From the NCBI GenBank assembly GCA_044354735.1, contig JBIKZM010000001.1, positions 1-24,304 of the forward strand: a DNA stretch of 24,304 nucleotides, read 5' to 3'. Positions 24,277 through 24,304 of the stretch are shown one piece after another. The first letter of the stretch is position 1. Every line of letters begins with the position of its first letter. The position numbers were made by a program, and so were the translations under genes. The notes under the pieces were generated by a model. The model made no database searches. It saw nothing but the letters and a program-made list of their open reading frames with translations, and had not been told where the DNA came from. The stretch comes from Crocinitomicaceae bacterium. Lineage in GTDB: Bacteria > Bacteroidota > Bacteroidia > Flavobacteriales_D > Crocinitomicaceae.

Positions 24277-24304
24277 CTACTTCATAACGTATTTCAAAAT
24301 ATTT

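Noticed and set aside
1-24304. CRISPR array, tRNA/rRNA, IS, integron or prophage
   Set aside because: No spaced direct repeats, cloverleafs, transposase/integrase motifs or phage genes were seen. The PD-(D/E)XK protein is AddB-like, not a Cas4 in a cas locus.

Overview
This is a very compact stretch (about 97% coding, from my own gap tally) of a Bacteroidota chromosome. The lineage is supported by TAnnTTTG/TTTG promoter boxes, the absence of Shine-Dalgarno motifs, T9SS C-terminal domains and DUF5686; a Flavobacteriales/Crocinitomicaceae-like origin is my inference. It holds 22 coding regions. Housekeeping genes: the tatC 3' end, lptB, lpdA, yraN, hutI, an AddB-like PD-(D/E)XK nuclease, a LysE transporter, rsmA, nadD, gmk and yicC. 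Poorly characterised envelope or secreted proteins: a DUF5686 outer-membrane protein, two T9SS type-B cargo proteins, one T9SS type-A cargo protein, a TraB/GumN protein, a MORN-variant repeat protein and a coiled-coil MotB/OmpA lipoprotein. Small hypotheticals make up the rest. I found no tRNA, rRNA, CRISPR array, transposase, integrase or prophage gene, and no unmistakable new system. The best leads are hypotheses: (1) the coupled tatC-DUF5686-lptB unit, (2) a 10-bp inverted repeat anchored on both start codons of a divergent promoter region, (3) an AddB-like nuclease with only three iron-staple cysteines, (4) type-B T9SS cargo with no adjacent PorP/SprF partner, and (5) several apparently leaderless genes. 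All family assignments come from motif recognition by eye, not database searches.
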